Shown here: one piece after another, positions 28,883 through 40,632 of the stretch
Numbering within the stretch: the stretch's first letter is position 1
Layout: each line of letters opens with the position of its first letter
DNA from: Cyanophyceae cyanobacterium
GTDB lineage: Bacteria; Cyanobacteriota; Cyanobacteriia; Cyanobacteriales; JBHJGN01
Assembly: GCA_050331735.1 (NCBI GenBank)
Contig: JBHJGN010000021.1
Coordinates: forward strand, 20,918-84,917
Length of the DNA stretch: 64,000 bases
Direction of reading: 5' to 3'
Made by a program: the position numbers and the translations under genes
Notes under the pieces: generated by a model
Database searches by the model: none
What the model was told of the DNA's origin: nothing
Seen by the model: only the letters and a program-made list of their open reading frames with translations

Positions 28883-28961
28883 CGGTTAGACAGAGCGGCA
28901 AGCGATCCGGGATTTTGGGTAGCTGGCGAAAAGCACATCACCGCTTGGCTCTGTCGTTATT

Positions 28962-30956
28962 TTAACGAATAGCCGTTGCTACTGGGACTAGTTGAGGCTG
29001 AGGCTTACGATAGCTGCTAGCACCATTACTAGAGCCGTTTATGGGTGTATCAGCTTCCAAGGCAATTCTCCGAATCAGTCTTGCTGTTACCTTTTGTGCC
29101 AGCCTCTCCGCCACTTGGCGACTCATCGTTTGTGTTTCTGGTTTGGCTAAAAGCTGGGGAACTAGCGATAGAAGCTGTTGAGTATCAAAGCCTGGAGTCT
29201 CCTGTAAGATTTCCCAAATATTACTAAGATGCTCTAGACTCTTCGGATTGCTCTGTATCTCCGGAAGTTTCTTGTCAGACTTCAACCCAACCTGCTCTCG
29301 CACTGAGGAAGTTAGATTGTATAAGGTTCTGCGTCCAAACAAATCAATTGCCTTCGCAATTTCGTCTACCAATCGCTCTCGGATAAAGGTTCCTCGCTCA
29401 GAAAACAAGAAATCTAATCCCTGATCCAACACCCGATCAAAATCGTAGTCTTGACTGCTGCGAGCGTTACGCAACAGATTCTCTAGACGATTCCAGCGGA
29501 AGCTACCGTCTTTAAAAAGCAGATCGCGTAGAGAAGATCGCAGTTCTGGGGAGGGATCGGTTAGCAATCGTTTCGCTACGTAAGGATAAGCTTTACTCAA
29601 GACCTTAAAGTTAGGATCGATCCCGATGGCAATTCCTTCTAGGGTCACCATTGAGCGAATAATCAGAGCATAATAAGCAGGAACCCGAAAGGGAAACTCA
29701 TACATAATTGCCGACATCTGATCGGTGATGCTCTTAAAGTTGAGTTCGGCTACGCTCGCTCCCAAGGCATTGTTAAACACTCTTGCTAAAGCGGGAACGA
29801 TCGGTCTTAGATCTGTCTCGGGCGTGAGAAAATCTAACTTAACGTAATCTCGCGACAGAGCTTCGTAATCTCGGTTAACCAGATGGACAACGGCTTCAAT
29901 CAACCCATAGCGTTGATAGGGCTCGATATTGCTCATCATTCCGAAGTCAAGGTAGGCAAGCTTACCGTCATCGGTTGCCAACAGATTGCCAGGGTGAGGA
30001 TCGGCATGAAAGAAGCCGTGTTCGAGTAACTGACGCAACGAACACTCTACCCCAATTTCCAGGAGATACCTAGCATCTATTCCTCGGGCTTGAATTGCTT
30101 CTATATCGGTTAACTTAACGCCATTGATCCACTCCATCGTCAGCACCCGTCGCCCCGTATATTCCTGGTAAATCCGAGGCACGTAAACATCTTTGAGATG
30201 ACCGTAGAGTTCCTTGAACTGCTCGGCATTGTGTCCTTCATGGTTGTAGTTCATCTCTTCAAAGACCCGGCCAGCCAGCTCATCCGTAATTGCCACTAAA
30301 TCGGAGCGCACTTGCTTGATACTGCTTTGCACCCAAGCGGCGAGCGTCCGCATGATGTAAATATCAAGCGTAATGCGATTAACGAGATCGGGACGCTGTA
30401 CCTTGACAGCAACAGATTCCCCCGTTTTAAGCTTGCCTTTATAAACCTGGCCTAAAGAGGCAGCAGCAATGGGCTCTGGGGAAAGCTCAGCATAGACTTC
30501 TTGGGGAGGACTGCCTAGTTCTTCTTCAATGAGGCGATAGGCGATTTCATTGGGGAAAGAAGGGAGCTTATCTTGCAAATGAGCCAGTTCTTCTAGGTAG
30601 GCAGGAGGAACGAGATCTGGCCTAGTCGAGAGCGCCTGACCTACCTTGATATAGGTTGGTCCCAGCTTAGTCAAAATCTCCCGCAGTTGGCGGGCCCGCA
30701 GAAGCTCATTGCGCAGAGATTTGTTTCTCACTTTGTCCCACCACACGTTAAAAGCGAAGATAGCGAAGGGGACAATAATGGTGATTAAACGTCCAATCAC
30801 CTGTAACGGACGCTTTTGATAGCGATCATCAATGGCATCTGGGTTATAGCGCCAATCAGTCTCGTCCCCTACCAAAGTGTCGTGGGGGTGAATGTCTGCT
30901 TCCTGGTCAGTGACAGGAAAGATTTCTGGGGACTCTGGGGTAGTTGGTTGACGCAT
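28962..30956 (-). CDS. ABC1/UbiB/AarF atypical kinase
   Basis: GPTYIKVGQALSTRPD, AAASLGQVY, VAVKVQRP, FFHADPHPGN, LDFGMM. Confidence 0.95.
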   Translation of the reverse strand: MRQPTTPESPEIFPVTDQEADIHPHDTLVGDETDWRYNPDAIDDRYQKRPLQVIGRLITIIVPFAIFAFNVWWDKVRNKSLRNELLRARQLREILTKLGPTYIKVGQALSTRPDLVPPAYLEELAHLQDKLPSFPNEIAYRLIEEELGSPPQEVYAELSPEPIAAASLGQVYKGKLKTGESVAVKVQRPDLVNRITLDIYIMRTLAAWVQSSIKQVRSDLVAITDELAGRVFEEMNYNHEGHNAEQFKELYGHLKDVYVPRIYQEYTGRRVLTMEWINGVKLTDIEAIQARGIDARYLLEIGVECSLRQLLEHGFFHADPHPGNLLATDDGKLAYLDFGMMSNIEPYQRYGLIEAVVHLVNRDYEALSRDYVKLDFLTPETDLRPIVPALARVFNNALGASVAELNFKSITDQMSAIMYEFPFRVPAYYALIIRSMVTLEGIAIGIDPNFKVLSKAYPYVAKRLLTDPSPELRSSLRDLLFKDGSFRWNRLENLLRNARSSQDYDFDRVLDQGLDFLFSERGTFIRERLVDEIAKAIDLFGRRTLYNLTSSVREQVGLKSDKKLPEIQSNPKSLEHLSNIWEILQETPGFDTQQLLSLVPQLLAKPETQTMSRQVAERLAQKVTARLIRRIALEADTPINGSSNGASSYRKPQPQLVPVATAIR

Positions 30957-30987
30957 AGGAATAAATAAATTTAATGCCGAGACAAAT

Positions 30988-31005
30988 CTCGTAAACAATT
31001 GTAAC
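30988..31005 (-). promoter_or_regulatory. HLR1-like (RpaB) site
   Basis: Minus strand GTTACAAT-TG-TTTACGAG vs consensus (G/T)TTACA(T/A)(T/A)-N2 repeat. Confidence 0.45.
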
Positions 31006-31104
31006 AATAGTTGTTCGGGATGCGACATCCACCATTAGGCATTACCTTGCTGTACCGTTAAGTAAGTGGCTTTATCACAGCAGGTCTGTCTACCTGGGGG
31101 GACT

Positions 31105-32850
31105 ATGCTCTCTTGCGTACGAATCGAAAATTTTGCTCTGGTTGACCAGCTAGAACTAGAGTTTGGGGCTGGACTGAATGTCTTAACTGGCGAAACGGGA
31201 GCTGGTAAGTCTATTATTCTCGATGCCATTGACATTGCTTTGGGTGGAAAAGTCAACAGTCGCACGATTCGGACTGGCAGTCAGCGAGCCTTAATAGAAG
31301 CTACCTTTGCCTGCGATGCCGCCTTGGGCGTCTGGCTCCAGCAGCAAGAAATTGACCTGTTAGACGACGGCAGCGTAGTCTGTACCAGAGAAATAACGCT
31401 GAGCAAAAGTAGCGTGAGATCGCGATCGCGCGTCAACGGGGTTCTCGTCAATCGTCAGTTAATGGCACGGTTGCGCGATCGTCTGGTAGAAATTACCGCC
31501 CAGGGTCAAACCGTTCAGCTCCTGATTCCCGAACGCCAGCGGCAGCTATTAGACCTCTATGGCGGTCATGAGCTGTTGCAGCAGCGCCAAAAAGTCGCCG
31601 CTGCCTTTGAAGCCAGCCAACAGGCAAAGCAGGCGCTGGAGAAGCGCCGTCAATCTGAACAGCAGCGGCTTCAGCGGCAGGATCTCTTACAGTATCAAAT
31701 TAAAGAACTCTCAGAAGCCGGACTCACCGACGAACGTGAACTAGAGGAGCTGGAGCAAGAACGCGATCGCCTCAGCCACGTTGTTGAGCTTCAACAGCTC
31801 AGCTATCAGGTGTATCAACTCCTCTACCAAAACGAAACCGGAGAATTGGCGGCTGCCGATCTGATCGGGCAAGCAGAGGCGCACCTCATTGATATGACCA
31901 ACTACGATAAAGAGCTAGAATCGGCACTAGAAATGGTGCGAGGAGCCCTAACGCACGTGGTGGAAGCCGGACGAGAAATTCAAGCCTATGGGGAAGGACT
32001 AGAAACCGACCCCGAAAGGCTAGAGGAAGTCGAAGCGAGAATCCGCACTCTCAAGCAGATTTGTCGCAAGTACGGACCGGATTTGGCGGAGGCAATTTTT
32101 TTCTACCGCCAGCTCAAAGCAGAACTCGACGAACTCACCGACAGCGGGCAGTCTCTGGAGATACTAGAGCAGCAGTGTCGGGCCGCTCAGGAGACTTTGA
32201 TCGCGAAGAGTAAAAAATTGACCAAGCTGCGCCAACAGGCAGCCAAGCAGCTCGAACAGCAGCTAGTGGCCGAGCTGAAGCCTCTGGCAATGGAAAAGGT
32301 GCTCTTTGAATGCCGGATTACCCCAGCAATAGAGAGTGCTGCTGGAGCCGATCGCGTGGTTTACTACTTCAGTCCTAACCCAGGAGAAGCAGTCCAGCCG
32401 CTCGCCGATACCGCCTCCGGTGGAGAAATGAGCCGCTTCCTACTGGCGCTCAAAGCCTGTTTTTCTGCAGCCGGAGCCGAAACGCTCATTTTTGACGAAA
32501 TCGACGTTGGGGTATCGGGAAAAGTCGCTCAGGCGATCGCCGATAAGCTGCACCAACTCAGCCACCATCATCAGGTTCTCTGCGTGACTCACCAACCCCT
32601 GGTGGCAGCGATGGCAGATCATCACTTCCAGGTGAATAAGCAAACTGTGGAAGCGCCGGTATCGGATCAAAACGGAGGCTCTCCCCCCCCAGAAATGCGC
32701 ACCGTCGTGAGAATTACCCCGCTAAAGAATCATTCGTCGCGACGGGACGAACTCGCTCAACTGACCGGAGGGCATTCGGCGCAAGAAGCGATCGCCTTTG
32801 CCGAGTCTTTACTCGCTAAAGCCGCCGTGTATCGACAAGCTCAGCAATAA
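31105..32850 (+). CDS. recN: DNA repair protein RecN
   Basis: LTGETGAGKS, coiled coil, ASGGEMSRFLLALK, IFDEIDVGVSG, CVTHQP. Confidence 0.96.
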   Translation: MLSCVRIENFALVDQLELEFGAGLNVLTGETGAGKSIILDAIDIALGGKVNSRTIRTGSQRALIEATFACDAALGVWLQQQEIDLLDDGSVVCTREITLSKSSVRSRSRVNGVLVNRQLMARLRDRLVEITAQGQTVQLLIPERQRQLLDLYGGHELLQQRQKVAAAFEASQQAKQALEKRRQSEQQRLQRQDLLQYQIKELSEAGLTDERELEELEQERDRLSHVVELQQLSYQVYQLLYQNETGELAAADLIGQAEAHLIDMTNYDKELESALEMVRGALTHVVEAGREIQAYGEGLETDPERLEEVEARIRTLKQICRKYGPDLAEAIFFYRQLKAELDELTDSGQSLEILEQQCRAAQETLIAKSKKLTKLRQQAAKQLEQQLVAELKPLAMEKVLFECRITPAIESAAGADRVVYYFSPNPGEAVQPLADTASGGEMSRFLLALKACFSAAGAETLIFDEIDVGVSGKVAQAIADKLHQLSHHHQVLCVTHQPLVAAMADHHFQVNKQTVEAPVSDQNGGSPPPEMRTVVRITPLKNHSSRRDELAQLTGGHSAQEAIAFAESLLAKAAVYRQAQQ

Positions 32851-32851
32851 G

Positions 32852-33526
32852 TTAGCTCCGAAACAGCCGGGTATACTGAGTTTCGTGAGCCATACTGGCC
32901 AGGGCTAGTCCCCAACCGCAGCTACTTAACTCGTTATCTTCAAGTACGCTCACTGCTGCGGCTGTCTCGATTAACAGCGCTTGCAGATTGAGCAATATCC
33001 TTTGTCCAGCGGTTTGTCCAATGGGGATCGTTTTCACTCCAGCACCAATCAAGTTAGAGACCCAGCTCTGCAAATAGGCGATCGCTGCTGCCTGAGAGCT
33101 GATTTGCCAATGGGCAGCAGCTAGGCCAAACGCTACAGCATAGTTACAAGGAGAAATCGATGTCATCAGTCGTAGCTGAGGCTGTAGACTGCTGAATAAT
33201 TTCAGCAAAGCACCGCCCATTTGCCAACTTTGCTGTCGCAGTTCCTGGGTTTCTCTCGCGGCAGAAAGCCAAGCATTCCAACCTGCTAAAGCCTCTAAAT
33301 CTCCCCGCGCAAAGCTCTGTTGCGCCCGCAGCATCACGGCCACCTCGATCCGAATCGCACCATAGCGAAGTTCTTGCTCGATCCAGGTTTGGAGTGTCGC
33401 ATCACACTGAACCGTTCCCCGTTCTACCAACGCCTCCAAGCCTTCAGAATAGCTATAAGCCCCCACTGGCAAGGCCGGACTTGCTAACTGCAATAGAAAT
33501 AGAAGCGTCGCTTCATCAACAATCAT
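32852..33526 (-). CDS. ureF: Urease accessory protein UreF
   Basis: [37 protein letters not shown]. Confidence 0.95.
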   Translation of the reverse strand: MIVDEATLLFLLQLASPALPVGAYSYSEGLEALVERGTVQCDATLQTWIEQELRYGAIRIEVAVMLRAQQSFARGDLEALAGWNAWLSAARETQELRQQSWQMGGALLKLFSSLQPQLRLMTSISPCNYAVAFGLAAAHWQISSQAAAIAYLQSWVSNLIGAGVKTIPIGQTAGQRILLNLQALLIETAAAVSVLEDNELSSCGWGLALASMAHETQYTRLFRS

Positions 33527-33639
33527 GCTCAGTCATTTCAGGAGGAAGAAAAAACTAACAATCTGCTGACCTACCCTTTTGGGGCAAGACGTGATGTGCA
33601 GCTTTGCAGGAGGAAAGAATTGCCAGTGCCAGTTTCTAG

Positions 33640-34071
33640 TTAATGGGAGTGGTAGGCTCCTGGCTCTGGATGGAAAGGCACCACTTCTTCTTTTACCCGT
33701 ACATCTAGCTGCTCTAGCATTTTTTTTAACACCAAATCCCTCGATAAACGGAGGTAAGTCGGCGCAATTTCCAAAGAAACGTGACGATTGCCGAGATGAT
33801 AAGCTGTCCGCAGCAGGTTGAGGGGAGATGCTGTGACAGTGAGGACAGGCTCAGGCTTAGCCACGATTTTGACCCGTTCTCCGGTTTCTGCTCGGAGGAT
33901 ATCTCCATTTTGCAACACGGTTCCCCGAGGTAAACGCAAAAGAATGACCTGATGATGATTAGTTTCAAATCGTCTGCGGCTGTAGGTTCTTTCGTCCGCA
34001 GTCAACGCAAGCGTCAAGCTCGCCTCTTCATCACTGGTTTTGTCATCAATTAATTGAGTCAGAGTCAGCAT
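33640..34071 (-). CDS. ureE: Urease accessory protein UreE
   Basis: [27 protein letters not shown]. Confidence 0.94.
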   Translation of the reverse strand: MLTLTQLIDDKTSDEEASLTLALTADERTYSRRRFETNHHQVILLRLPRGTVLQNGDILRAETGERVKIVAKPEPVLTVTASPLNLLRTAYHLGNRHVSLEIAPTYLRLSRDLVLKKMLEQLDVRVKEEVVPFHPEPGAYHSH

Positions 34072-34096
34072 CACTGAAGCTGATTCACGAGGGAAC

Positions 34097-34597
34097 TTAA
34101 CGTTGTTGAATCTCGATCATAGCGTTTTGAATTCGTGACTCCAAGCTGTTGTTGGATTGGGCCCTTCGCGTGATTTCGTTAAATTGAGCAACGCTTAATC
34201 CTGCGCTTTCGACAATTTGCTTAGACGTTCTACAGTATTTCTGGGCAACGGTTTGGGCATCGTCCGGTAAACTGCTGTAGCTACTCGGTTGATTACAGAC
34301 AATATTGGGCGGCTGACGACCAATGATTTGGGTGATATCCTCAAAAGCTTGTTGACGATGGGGCTCTATGCTGAGAACCGCTTGAGCGTACTGCTCTACC
34401 TGTTGTTCGCTGTACTCCTGAGCATAAGCTACATCGCTAGCCGGATTGTCCGAAAAGAGCAAACTCACTTCGGGAGGAAGACCAATTAAAATACCCGTTG
34501 CTGCCAAGGTCAAGGATGTCAAAGGACGAGGAAGTATTTTCGGTAAAAATAGCAAGTAATGCCGAATCGATGGTGAAATCATTGGCGCTAACCGCAA
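34097..34597 (-). CDS. DUF4168-like exported protein
   Basis: Signal-like N-terminus, [14 protein letters not shown], two Cys, [11 protein letters not shown]. Confidence 0.7.
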   Translation of the reverse strand: MRLAPMISPSIRHYLLFLPKILPRPLTSLTLAATGILIGLPPEVSLLFSDNPASDVAYAQEYSEQQVEQYAQAVLSIEPHRQQAFEDITQIIGRQPPNIVCNQPSSYSSLPDDAQTVAQKYCRTSKQIVESAGLSVAQFNEITRRAQSNNSLESRIQNAMIEIQQR

Positions 34598-34742
34598 ATT
34601 TGAACTCTAAAGAGAAGATAATTACTATAGTTGAACTGTTTTTAGCCGGAGAAGTTCCTGGCTGCCAAAAAAAGCACGAGCAGTACCCGGGCTCGTAACC
34701 CAGATTCAGAATACGCTAGGTTAGAAAAAAATTCTGCAAAAT

Positions 34743-35651
34743 ATGAGCAAGGTGTCTCACTCTAATTCGGTATCGAAGCCAGACTCGGCGTTCGTGCATG
34801 TTCCAGTGCTGAGTCGAGAATTGATTGAAGGTCTCAACATTCGTTCGGGAGGTCACTATTTAGACGCTACGGTTGGCGGTGGCGGTCATAGTCAACTAAT
34901 TTTGGAGCAGGCTGATGTTTACGTTACCGCCATTGATAGAGATGACCAAGCGATCGCCGCCGCTACCGCGACTCTAGCAGAATATGTTCCCCAACGCCTA
35001 GAGTTTTGGCGGGGGAACTTCGCCGACTATTGCTGCCCTAGCGATGCTTGCTTTTCTAAGTTTGACGGAATCATTGCTGATTTGGGAGTCAGTTCCGCTC
35101 AGTTAGATATTCCTGAACGAGGATTTAGCTTTCGGCATTCCGCCCCACTGGATATGCGGATGGATCGCAACCAATTGTTAACTGCCGCAGAGATTGTTAA
35201 CCAGCGCAACGAACGAGAATTGGCAGATATTTTCTACCATTATGGAGAAGAACGCTTATCTCGACGCATCGCCAAAAGTATCGTGCAAAAACGACCATTG
35301 CAAACCACCACACAGCTAGCTGAGGTCATCTATCGAAGTGTTCCCAGCCGGTATCGCCACGGCAGAATTCATCCGGCAACTCGCGTCTTTCAAGCTCTCC
35401 GCATTGCGGTGAACGAGGAACTTCAGTCCCTAGAACGCTTCTTGCACCAAGCACCAACCTGGCTCAAACGTGGTGGCCGGATTGGGATTATCAGTTTTCA
35501 TAGTCTCGAAGATCGTCTGGTAAAACAGGCTTTCCGCAACTGTGATTGCCTTGAGGTCGTCACCAAAAAGCCCATTATTCCTCAAGCTGAAGAACCGGCA
35601 AAAAACCCGCGTTCTCGTTCAGCTAAACTGAGAATTGCTCAGCGAATTTGA
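34743..35651 (+). CDS. rsmH: 16S rRNA m4C1402 methyltransferase
   Basis: [58 protein letters not shown]. Confidence 0.96.
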   Translation: MSKVSHSNSVSKPDSAFVHVPVLSRELIEGLNIRSGGHYLDATVGGGGHSQLILEQADVYVTAIDRDDQAIAAATATLAEYVPQRLEFWRGNFADYCCPSDACFSKFDGIIADLGVSSAQLDIPERGFSFRHSAPLDMRMDRNQLLTAAEIVNQRNERELADIFYHYGEERLSRRIAKSIVQKRPLQTTTQLAEVIYRSVPSRYRHGRIHPATRVFQALRIAVNEELQSLERFLHQAPTWLKRGGRIGIISFHSLEDRLVKQAFRNCDCLEVVTKKPIIPQAEEPAKNPRSRSAKLRIAQRI

Positions 35652-35834
35652 AGAGCATCCATCGTTATCCATCGTTAAGAGGATGTGTAAAGACCAAGTT
35701 CCCTGATATTCCTACAAAGGATAGATTGAGGCTCAGCACCAGACAGACTCGCCCCCAGTTATACGGTATTCAGCACTGGTGAGGAAAACCGAAAACGATG
35801 GCTTAACTTTTGCTATTTATATCAATTGCTAATT

Positions 35835-36548
35835 ATGGATAAAATTCATGTTGCTTTAATAGAAGACCACGATCTTACTCGCATTGGGCTGCGAACGGCA
35901 CTGCAACAGCGCGACGACATTAAGTTAGTTGGCGAAGCGGCGAATGGCTTTGATGGCTTGCAGTTGTTAAAGCAATTTCTTCCTGATGTGGCAATTGTCG
36001 ATATTGGCTTACCCGATACTGACGGCATTGCCCTGACGAGAAAGTTCAAAGAATTTCAGACAACTGACGGCAACACGCTCACCAAAGTTTTAATCCTCAC
36101 TCTGCAAGATAACGAAGAATTAGTGTTAGCGGCTTTTGCAGCCGGGGCCGACTCCTACTGCATGAAAGATACTAGCTTTAGTATGTTGCTAGAGGCGATT
36201 AGGACAACGAAAGAAGGAAACTCCTGGATTGATCCGGCGATCGCGCGGATTGTCCTGGCACAAGCGACTAAATCTGAGGTGGAAGCAGAGCCCTCTAGCA
36301 ATACGGTAGAAATTACGGCCACCGATCCCGAATACAGTCAAATTATTGAAGCCTATCCTCTGACTGAGCGAGAGTTAGAGGTGCTACAGCTAATTGTTGA
36401 CGGCTATAGCAATGCTGACATCGCCAATAAACTATACATTACAGTGGGCACCGTTAAAACTCACGTCCGCAATATCCTTAATAAGCTGTGTGCCGATGAC
36501 CGGACCCAAGCCGCCGTGCGAGCCCTGCGGGCCGGGTTAATTGGCTAA
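35835..36548 (+). CDS. orrA: NarL/LuxR response regulator, OrrA-like (osmotic stress)
   Basis: LIEDHDLTRIGLR, VDIGLPD, AAFAAGADSY, WIDPAIA, TVKTHVRNILNKLCADDRTQAAVRALR; symbol from recalled Anabaena OrrA. Confidence 0.7.
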   Translation: MDKIHVALIEDHDLTRIGLRTALQQRDDIKLVGEAANGFDGLQLLKQFLPDVAIVDIGLPDTDGIALTRKFKEFQTTDGNTLTKVLILTLQDNEELVLAAFAAGADSYCMKDTSFSMLLEAIRTTKEGNSWIDPAIARIVLAQATKSEVEAEPSSNTVEITATDPEYSQIIEAYPLTERELEVLQLIVDGYSNADIANKLYITVGTVKTHVRNILNKLCADDRTQAAVRALRAGLIG

Positions 36549-36637
36549 TTTCGAGACCGACCTCGGCTAAGTGTAACTGAAGTTTCGATAGGCTTTAGGA
36601 GGCCGATCGTTCCAACCTAATTGCAAGAGCTGTGGTG

Positions 36638-37078
36638 CTAACCGCTGCTGTGATCGCGCAGCTCGATCAGCTCTTGGGGAGAAGCGAGGAGTTTAATGCG
36701 GACATACACAATCTGCTGACTGAGGTTACCTGTCGTAGAAACGGCATTGGAGAGAGAGCTGAGAATAAACTGCCAGGAAACGTTAACGCCGAATAGGGCC
36801 GTTTGCACCTTGCCCCCAACCTGAACCTGAGTCTGTCCGTTCTTAAGCTGCTCAGCGTCTCCTTCGCGAGGCTCTAATCTCATTTCCTTCGCTTCCGACT
36901 TGAGAAAAGTGGCGATCGCTTCTCGACCCACAATCGGAGATTCAAACGGCGGCTGCATGGCTCCTTCCTCCGTAAACAAATCGGCAGTTGCTGTAAAATC
37001 ACCGGCATTAAGGGTTTGAAAATATTGCAGAACGGCAACGTGTTCAACGCCCGGAATCGAAAAGTCAGCTTTGGCCAC
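36638..37078 (-). CDS. Orange carotenoid protein C-terminal domain homologue (CTDH, NTF2-like)
   Basis: YFQTLNAGDF, PPFESPIVG, GKVQT..FGVNV.W.F, KLLASPQEL. Confidence 0.85.
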   Translation of the reverse strand: MAKADFSIPGVEHVAVLQYFQTLNAGDFTATADLFTEEGAMQPPFESPIVGREAIATFLKSEAKEMRLEPREGDAEQLKNGQTQVQVGGKVQTALFGVNVSWQFILSSLSNAVSTTGNLSQQIVYVRIKLLASPQELIELRDHSSG

Positions 37079-37193
37079 AATACCCCCAAGTTAAAATTGA
37101 AATTAATATAGCATTCACGCTCATAAAATATACTCATTAGCCGACTTTTTTTGATCGTTTTCGCTATTACTAGTCGATTACTATTGCGCTTCA

Positions 37194-38126
37194 ATGAAGT
37201 TAGACATCAACAGCGCCCAGGTCAAAGAGAAAGCCCTCTCTTTAGGATTTCACCAAGTAGGCATTGCCTCCACTAGTGCAGCATCAGCAGATCTCGCCAC
37301 AGCTCATCTGCAAGCCTGGTTAGCTTTGGGCTACCACGCCGATATGGAGTGGATGAAAAACCCCAAGCGCTTTGATATCCAAGCCTGCATGCCGGGAGTA
37401 CAATCAGTCATTTGTGTCGCGCTCAACTACTACACTCCTCATCAACGCCCAGAAGGAAAAGAATATGCCAAGATTTCTCGCTACGGATGGGGGCGAGACT
37501 ATCACAAAGTCATGCTGAAAAAGCTCAAGGCCTTAACGCATTGGCTCCAGCAAGGAAACGGTATTCAAGCTCGCTATTATGCGGACACGGGTCCGGTGCA
37601 AGATAAGGCGTGGGCGCAGCGAGCCGGACTAGGCTGGATTGCTAAAAACGGGAATCTGATTACGCGCCAGTATGGTAGCTGGGTATTTTTGGGAGAAGTA
37701 TTGACCAACATCGCCTTAACGCCAGATCGCCCGCACACAGAACACTGTGGAACCTGTACGCGCTGTATCGAGGCCTGTCCGACCGAGGCGATCGCTCAAC
37801 CATTTGTTGTGGATGCCAATCGCTGCCTTGCTTATCACACCATCGAAAACCGTGGCGAAATACCGATGGAAATTGCTGCTCACCTACAGGGATGGGTTGC
37901 TGGCTGCGATATTTGTCAAGATGTTTGTCCGTGGAATCAACGATTTGCCAAAGAGACAGACATCGCTGAATTTCAACCCTACCCAGGCAACGTAGCGCCC
38001 AAGCTCGTTGAACTAGCGCAAATGTCAGATCGAGATTGGGATCAACGCTTTCCTGCCTCTGCTTTAAGAAGAATTAAACCAGCAATGTTTCGCCGCAATG
38101 CTCGTGCTAGTCTAGATCAAGAATGA
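37194..38126 (+). CDS. queG: Epoxyqueuosine reductase
   Basis: ISRYGWGRDYH, DTGPV, CGTCTRCIEACPT, GCDICQDVCPWN. Confidence 0.95.
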   Translation: MKLDINSAQVKEKALSLGFHQVGIASTSAASADLATAHLQAWLALGYHADMEWMKNPKRFDIQACMPGVQSVICVALNYYTPHQRPEGKEYAKISRYGWGRDYHKVMLKKLKALTHWLQQGNGIQARYYADTGPVQDKAWAQRAGLGWIAKNGNLITRQYGSWVFLGEVLTNIALTPDRPHTEHCGTCTRCIEACPTEAIAQPFVVDANRCLAYHTIENRGEIPMEIAAHLQGWVAGCDICQDVCPWNQRFAKETDIAEFQPYPGNVAPKLVELAQMSDRDWDQRFPASALRRIKPAMFRRNARASLDQE

Positions 38127-38265
38127 GTATAGTGGCTCAATCCCGTTAGTTAATTGAGGAGAGCGATCGCTCTTCTGACAATTCTCTTCTGGAGAAGAAC
38201 GGAGTCTGCTGAACGTTCTCCGTTTTCGTCTTAATGACTCCTCACCAATCAGTTTATAAATAGCA

Positions 38266-38925
38266 ATGGCGGTAAAAGTAATTATTTTCGATTTTGACGG
38301 CACCATTGCCGATACTTACGAGGCGATCGTAGACGTAACAAATAGCTTAGCAGCAGAATTTGACTACCAACAAGTTAGTCAAGCAGAACTGGCGCAGCTA
38401 AAAGCTTTAAGTTCGAGAGAAATCATTAAGCGCTCAAAAATTTCTATTTTTAAAATTCCTTTTTTACTCAAAAGAGTTAAAGAAGAGTTGGGTAAAAAGA
38501 TAGAGACGATTGAACCGTTTGATCGGATAGAAACTGCTCTGTCGGCGCTCAAGCAACAAGGCTATCAGCTAGGCATCGTTACCTCAAACAGTGAAGAAAA
38601 TGTGGTGGCTTTTCTCGAGAAAAACGGTTTAGACTCGCTCTTCACCTTTATCTATTCAGGAACCAGTTTGTTTGGGAAACACCACGTCATCCGCAGCCTG
38701 CTAAAGCAGCGAGGAGTCGCGGCGAAAGAAGTCGTTTACGTAGGCGATGAAACGAGGGATATAGAAGCGGCGAAGAAAAGTCGGGTGAAAGTCATTTCTG
38801 TCGGCTGGGGCTTTAATGCCCCATCGGTTTTGGCTCAGCACCAGCCAGACTGCCTCATTCAGCATCCCCAGGAACTGGTTCAAGTTGTTAAAAATTGGAA
38901 CAAGCCGATGCAGAAAGCGCTATAG
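38266..38925 (+). CDS. HAD-IA hydrolase (phosphoglycolate phosphatase-like)
   Basis: FDFDGTIAD, TSN, YVGDETRD. Confidence 0.9.
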   Translation: MAVKVIIFDFDGTIADTYEAIVDVTNSLAAEFDYQQVSQAELAQLKALSSREIIKRSKISIFKIPFLLKRVKEELGKKIETIEPFDRIETALSALKQQGYQLGIVTSNSEENVVAFLEKNGLDSLFTFIYSGTSLFGKHHVIRSLLKQRGVAAKEVVYVGDETRDIEAAKKSRVKVISVGWGFNAPSVLAQHQPDCLIQHPQELVQVVKNWNKPMQKAL

Positions 38926-39070
38926 TTCCTCCGGGACGGGGAAGGGGGAAAGGAAAAATCGTCCCTCCGGGACGGGGAAAGAACACAGAACTAAGACATA
39001 GGCTAAGTTCCCCCCTTTCCCTTTTCCCGTTGCGAAGCAACTATTTCCCCTTTTCCCGCGCCGTAGGCGC
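38925..39070. repeat. Hairpin + G-heptamer repeat locus B
   Basis: + units 38925-38937, 38961-38973; - units 39029-39041 (GTTGC-TTC-GCAAC), 39058-39070 (GCGCC-TAC-GGCGC). Confidence 0.85.
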
Positions 39071-39079
39071 TTGTTGCGC

Positions 39080-40540
<1,461 letters not shown>

Positions 40541-40632
40541 AGGTACTGATTGTATCACGGAAGACAAGAGGAAGCATTAATCTTAGATGAGAACCCAAAT
40601 CCGCTAGCTTGACAGCTAAACTCAGTCGAGTT

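Noticed and set aside
32852..34071. ureE-ureF without ureABC as an anomaly
   Set aside because: Dispersed urease genes are common in cyanobacteria.
37118..37140. ATGAG direct repeat as a ManR box
   Set aside because: Period is 13 bp rather than 11 and no Mn-related gene follows.
38236..38247. ACTCCTCACCA as the Yfr1 sRNA motif
   Set aside because: Mismatch to ACTCCTCACAC and no flanking terminator or guaB-trxA context.
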